From the NCBI GenBank assembly GCA_963668675.2, contig CAXXMB010000001.1, forward strand, positions 1,440,001 through 1,504,000: a stretch of 64,000 nucleotides of DNA, in the 5' to 3' direction. Shown piece after piece: positions 59,829 to 64,000 of the stretch; position 1 is the stretch's first letter, and every line of letters begins with the position of its first letter. A program made the translations under genes and the position numbers. The notes under the pieces were generated by a model. That model did not search any database and was not told the DNA's origin. It saw only the letters and a program-made list of their open reading frames with translations. This DNA comes from an uncultured Desulfatitalea sp. (lineage in GTDB: Bacteria > Desulfobacterota > Desulfobacteria > Desulfobacterales > Desulfosarcinaceae).

Positions 59829-60638
59829 ATGGACGGATTTGAAAATGTGATGGCAGTCTTCAAACTGCTTCCCAAAACCAACTGCAGGCATTGCAACAAC
59901 GCCACCTGCCTGGCTTTTGCCGCCGCGGTGTTTCAGGGCCGGAAATCTCTGTCCGAATGCCCTCATCTGCCACCGGAGGTGGTCGCCAGGTTGGGAGAAA
60001 AGGCGCCTGCGCCTAAAGATCCGGCAGCCGAGTTGGAAGCGACACTGGCATCGCTTAAGCAACGCATCGCGAAGATCGATCTTGCCGCTGCAGCGCGCAG
60101 TATTGGTGCTGAATTCAGAGATGGACGGCTGACGTTGCGCACGCTCGGTAAGAATTTCAGCGTTGATGAAAAGGGTGATTTCTACACGGATATCCATATC
60201 CACCAATGGATAGCAGTGCCGGTACTCAGCTACATTATACAAAGAGGCGGCGTGACGCCGTCGGGCAACTGGGTGCCTTTACGGGAGCTGAACGGAGGCA
60301 AGGATCGGTATCGGCTCTTCCACCAGCGCTGCGAAAAGCCGCTCAAGCAGTTGGCCGACACCTATACCGATCTGTTTGAAGATCTGGTCATCCTCTTCAA
60401 CGGCCGCCAAGTCGAGAACCACTACGCCTCGGACATCTCCCTGGTGCTCGAGCCGCTGCCCAAGCTGCCGATCCTGATCTGCTACTCGAGGGCCGAGGAG
60501 GGTATCGCGTCCAGCCTCAATCTATTCTTCGACGACACGGCCGAGAAGAACCTGAACATCGAATCGGTCTACACCCTGGCGGCGGGATTGGTGGTCATGT
60601 TCGAAAAGATTGCCCTGCGACATGGGGCAAGGCAGTGA
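59829..60638 (+). CDS. Fe-S domain + DUF3786 protein
   Basis: LPKTNCRHC...TCLAFA...CP Fe-S module; WV.LREL.GG, PLPKLPILI, LFFD. Confidence 0.82.
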   Translation: MDGFENVMAVFKLLPKTNCRHCNNATCLAFAAAVFQGRKSLSECPHLPPEVVARLGEKAPAPKDPAAELEATLASLKQRIAKIDLAAAARSIGAEFRDGRLTLRTLGKNFSVDEKGDFYTDIHIHQWIAVPVLSYIIQRGGVTPSGNWVPLRELNGGKDRYRLFHQRCEKPLKQLADTYTDLFEDLVILFNGRQVENHYASDISLVLEPLPKLPILICYSRAEEGIASSLNLFFDDTAEKNLNIESVYTLAAGLVVMFEKIALRHGARQ

Positions 60639-60644
60639 TCGCTG

Positions 60645-61754
60645 TTAGAATGATGCAACAAACCGCAACGCGCTAATCAATCCTGCCGGATCGTTCCCCG
60701 TCTTGTAGTTGTCGATCAGGTATTGGAAATCTACCGTCAGGGCGGCAATCTCCGTAAAGGATAGGCGGTAGTAGAGCTCGATGACGCTGCTGTGGTCGAT
60801 AGCGCTGTTGCCGCCGTTGAGGTGGGCGAAACCGACACCGATGGTGTCCTGGGGCCGGGCCCATTGGCTGCCGTTGGCATCGATGCCGCCGGAAAAAAGT
60901 GCCTGGTAGTCGACGAGGGCGTCGTCATCCTGCCAGCCGATGCGCGCCCAGCCCCCCAGGATCTCTCCAAACTGCTGATCGCAGGAGATCATGATGCCGG
61001 TACGGGACTTTTCCGATGTACCGTCGGGGCCGTTGAAATCATCGGTGGTAGCGTCGAGGATCAGCCGGTAGTTCCCTTCGCCAAAGCCTGTCTCCATGTT
61101 GTACCCGGCTTGCAGACCGAAGAAGCGGTAGCTGTTGCTGTCGTCATTTTCAGCTACACTCATATATACGGCGCTGGCGCTCCAGCTTCCCAGCTCCCAT
61201 TGGGCGGAACCACCTAAGTCGTAGGAGGGCAGAGACGCAGTTGCGCCATTGACCAGAGCGCCATTCATAAACTGGGTCAATCCGTCGTTGGCGTATGCGT
61301 TTGTGTCGAGGTAGTCCGTGGCATCGATAATGCCGCCGGCGATATCCAATACACCGGCGCTGCCCAGGCCAAAGGTGTGGCTGTACCAGGCGGTGAGCAG
61401 GTAGTCACGGTCGCGACCACCGATGCCTTTGACATCTTCTTCCAGGTCGGTGGCCCAGGGGGTCAGCAAAAATGGAGAGGCGTCGTCGTTCAACGCATCA
61501 CCGGCTGCAAATCCGAATTTGGCTTGAACCACATCCTGCTCGGTGAGCTGAAAACGGATGCTCGGTTGAAACAAAACGGCGCCCCGCCCGGTGTCGTCCA
61601 CGTCGGGAGCATCGCTGATGTTCTGGTACTGGTAGCCACCGGCCAGATCGCCTTCGATGTTCAGCTTGCCGTCGACGTCCAGGGCATAGGCGACGGCAGT
61701 ACAAAGAAGTAAAGCGACCGTGCAGGTGGTCAGTAGCTTCAGGCAGGATTTCAT
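60645..61754 (-). CDS. Carbohydrate-selective porin (OprB family)
   Basis: Signal peptide, D.N.YAND...QFMN, DQQ, RPQD..GVG, E.YYR, DFQY, terminal Phe; RBS GGAGG. Confidence 0.82.
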   Translation of the reverse strand: MKSCLKLLTTCTVALLLCTAVAYALDVDGKLNIEGDLAGGYQYQNISDAPDVDDTGRGAVLFQPSIRFQLTEQDVVQAKFGFAAGDALNDDASPFLLTPWATDLEEDVKGIGGRDRDYLLTAWYSHTFGLGSAGVLDIAGGIIDATDYLDTNAYANDGLTQFMNGALVNGATASLPSYDLGGSAQWELGSWSASAVYMSVAENDDSNSYRFFGLQAGYNMETGFGEGNYRLILDATTDDFNGPDGTSEKSRTGIMISCDQQFGEILGGWARIGWQDDDALVDYQALFSGGIDANGSQWARPQDTIGVGFAHLNGGNSAIDHSSVIELYYRLSFTEIAALTVDFQYLIDNYKTGNDPAGLISALRFVASF

Positions 61755-61912
61755 CACGTCAATACGCTCCTCCACTCGACAACAGGTCGAATTCAGGCTC
61801 GATGGCCACGGTCTTTCCGCCGCGCCGGTGGACAGGCCACGGTTATGCCATGTTATACGAGGGGATGCAACCACGTTTGCGTTTGAAGGCTGTTGAGGGA
61901 GGCGCTTCCGCC

Positions 61913-64000
61913 CTACCCCACCGCCACCTTCGCAACCCGCTGTGCCAATGCCAAGGCTTGGAGATTGACGCCCACGCGCAGTGCTTTCAAACCCCTCACG
62001 CTCGGCAAGTCGTCGAGTTCGAGCAACTCCATGTCATCGAGCAGATGCCCGCTGGATTGCAGGTATTGGATGTGCTGGCGCATCTCTTCTGCTTCACGGG
62101 CCTGGGCATAGACGACGGCGATGCGTCCCGGCTGGGTGAGACGCTCGCCCGAGCCTTTTACGACGGCCTTGTCCAAACGGGATTTGACGATCTCGTGGCG
62201 CACGTCGTAGGCACCATCCACGTCGAAACGCTTTTCGTCGTAACGGAAGCGAATGGAAATAGGGGCGGTGGCGTAGAAGATCAGGTGGCAAGTGTCAAGC
62301 GGCACGGCAAGCTCCGGCTTGATCTGCTCCGTGTGCCAAGCCATGCCGCAGGCCAGGATCAACTGCCACAGGATGAGGTTCTGCAAATGAAATGAGGTGA
62401 AATGGCCGTCTTCACGTATTGAACTTCCCAGATAGATCACATAGTCCAGTCCATCGGTCTGGTGCTTTTCGAAGTAGTGGGGGTATTCTGCCTGGGCCGC
62501 CGTCTCCTCCTGGTCCAGGTAGGCGGAGAGGCGCGCGTTGAGCATGGCCACACTGGTTTCATAGGCATTGCGTTCGCGGTAGACAAAGCCGCGATGGGGG
62601 TCGATGGCGTGCCGATATCTCTCCACGGCCTGGGCCACACGCGGTCCGATGCGGATCAGCTCTTCGAAGGTGGGTTCCACCTCCTTGTGCAGAAAGGCGA
62701 CCACTTCACTCTCTTCGCCGGTGCGCAGCCCATCGCCCAACCTTTCGATATGCGCTTGGATGCGATGATGAAACTGCTGGATCAACGGCCACGATTTGGC
62801 CTGACCGGCCCGGTCGAACACCTCCATGGCCAGCTCTAGCTGCTCGGTCATATCGCTCTGGATGCTTGAGCTGCGTGCCTCGGAAGACCCTCGGATGTCT
62901 GATTGGCCGTAAAGCGGAATGACGTCTTTGAAGACAATGGGCTCCAGCTCGGATGCCTCTCCCGCGTGCAGCCGTTCGAGATGGCTGAAGGCGGCTTTGC
63001 GGAAACGCCACTCCACCGATGGGTGCAGGGCGGTGCACTTCTCCTTGATGATGGTCTGCACCTCATTGTGGATATCGTCCACCCCGCGTTTGAGGGCCAT
63101 GGAGAACATGGGAACGGTCGGCTTGATCAGCATTTTGTCCATGGCGTTGAAGTCATGGGGACGGGGCGAAAGGATGAAAAAGGTGCCGATATTGGCACCC
63201 TGGTACCGCAGCGGTACGATCAAGGCAGAGCGGATTCCCATGTCGAGCAGGTCTTGCTCGGCCGGTGAGAGATGCGTTTCGGCAGCCAGGTCCGGCATGA
63301 TGATCATGTCGTTCTGGCTGACAGCCCGCAGCCACATGGAACCCTTGAGGTCATTCAGAGAGATGTGGTTGGAGTTTTTGAAGATGCAGTTGGTGGTAGT
63401 GTGCGCCTCATCGGTGACAACCCACACCTGATCCCCATGCATGGCGCCCAATCCGGCGCGCAACTCCGGCCGCCCGAAAAGGGTTCGCAGGCGTTGCTGG
63501 AGTCGACCAAAGCCGTCGTTGCAAAAGATGGTCTCCTGGTCGATCACCCCTCTTTCCAGATCGGCAAGCACCTCGGATTGGGTGACGTCCACCGCCCTTA
63601 TCACGATGAAGCCGCGAAATTCGAACTGCTGGGGCGGAATGAGCCGTGCCAGGGCTTCCGGGTTGTCGATGTTCTCCGAAATAAGGCTTTTCTGTTCAGG
63701 GCTGAGGGGTATCGGCGCCCTCTGGGTTTGCACCCGCAGGAACTGCCAGTCGGGCAGCATCTGGTAGTAGCGTTCCAATCCGCTCTCCGGATCGGTTACG
63801 GCGCGGATCACCGGAATATTGCGCCCCTGACCGATGCCGTACACCTTGTCCAGAATGAGCCAGTAGGCGCGCAACTGGTGAAACTGCAGAATGTCCTGCT
63901 CCGGTTTTTTAAGGCTGCCGCGTATGGCGCCATCCGCAGAAAGAAACTGCCTACCGAACCGTGGGGTGTAATAAAACGGCTGGTTGGCCAATGGGGTGAC
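61913..64000 (-). CDS. Large GAF-domain protein with a divergent class III cyclase-like C-terminus (5' truncated by window)
   Basis: Frame open to the window edge; GAF signature GIRSALIVPLRYQGANIGTFFILS...F...D; C-terminal DIRGSS, EKHQTDG, RFDVDG, SRLDK, PGRI. Confidence 0.8.
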   Translation of the reverse strand, partial: VTPLANQPFYYTPRFGRQFLSADGAIRGSLKKPEQDILQFHQLRAYWLILDKVYGIGQGRNIPVIRAVTDPESGLERYYQMLPDWQFLRVQTQRAPIPLSPEQKSLISENIDNPEALARLIPPQQFEFRGFIVIRAVDVTQSEVLADLERGVIDQETIFCNDGFGRLQQRLRTLFGRPELRAGLGAMHGDQVWVVTDEAHTTTNCIFKNSNHISLNDLKGSMWLRAVSQNDMIIMPDLAAETHLSPAEQDLLDMGIRSALIVPLRYQGANIGTFFILSPRPHDFNAMDKMLIKPTVPMFSMALKRGVDDIHNEVQTIIKEKCTALHPSVEWRFRKAAFSHLERLHAGEASELEPIVFKDVIPLYGQSDIRGSSEARSSSIQSDMTEQLELAMEVFDRAGQAKSWPLIQQFHHRIQAHIERLGDGLRTGEESEVVAFLHKEVEPTFEELIRIGPRVAQAVERYRHAIDPHRGFVYRERNAYETSVAMLNARLSAYLDQEETAAQAEYPHYFEKHQTDGLDYVIYLGSSIREDGHFTSFHLQNLILWQLILACGMAWHTEQIKPELAVPLDTCHLIFYATAPISIRFRYDEKRFDVDGAYDVRHEIVKSRLDKAVVKGSGERLTQPGRIAVVYAQAREAEEMRQHIQYLQSSGHLLDDMELLELDDLPSVRGLKALRVGVNLQALALAQRVAKVAVG

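Noticed and set aside
61836..61850. Sigma54 promoter upstream of the OprB porin (TGGCATAACCGTGGC)
   Set aside because: GG-N10-GC spacing fits but the -12 element lacks TTGC; too weak to call
1..64000. CRISPR array, prophage or recognisable defence system
   Set aside because: No regularly spaced repeats, cas, phage or known defence genes seen

Overview
Mostly core chromosome of a Gram-negative anaerobe. Gene content and order suggest a Desulfobacterales-type deltaproteobacterium (inference). 1-23.6 kb is a large envelope cluster: LPS core glycosyltransferases, kdkA, lpxL, lpxK, lptFG, then lysS-lolE-lolD-bamA-skp-lpxD-fabZ-lpxA-lpxI-gnnA-like-lpxB-lpxJ-like. 23.7-29.6 kb is an accessory-looking block. 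It holds an Fn3/Ca-repeat surface protein with a CFI-box C-terminal anchor, preceded by a sigma54 promoter and a c-di-GMP-I riboswitch with an SD-sequestering helix. It also holds an IS1595 element (25-bp TIRs, 8-bp TSD, in-frame TGA) and an isolated pilC-pilS pair. 30-53 kb carries a DHH/CBS tRNA nucleotidyltransferase, trpS, scpAB, tRNA-Val(CAC), cobU-cobS-cbiR, a U32 protein, PBP1A, yhbY, a PilZ protein, pgk, gpsA, gyrA, an AI-2E transporter and a thiolase. 53-64 kb carries NRDE, a VWA-OmpA lipoprotein, BirA-regulated bioB, a divergent 4-hydroxybutyryl-CoA dehydratase homologue, DUF2284/DUF3786 proteins, an OprB porin and a 5'-truncated GAF protein. The strongest novelty candidate is the C-terminus of that GAF protein, which reads as a cryptic, helix-interrupted class III nucleotidyl cyclase fold. 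All calls come from motif reading only; no database searches were run.
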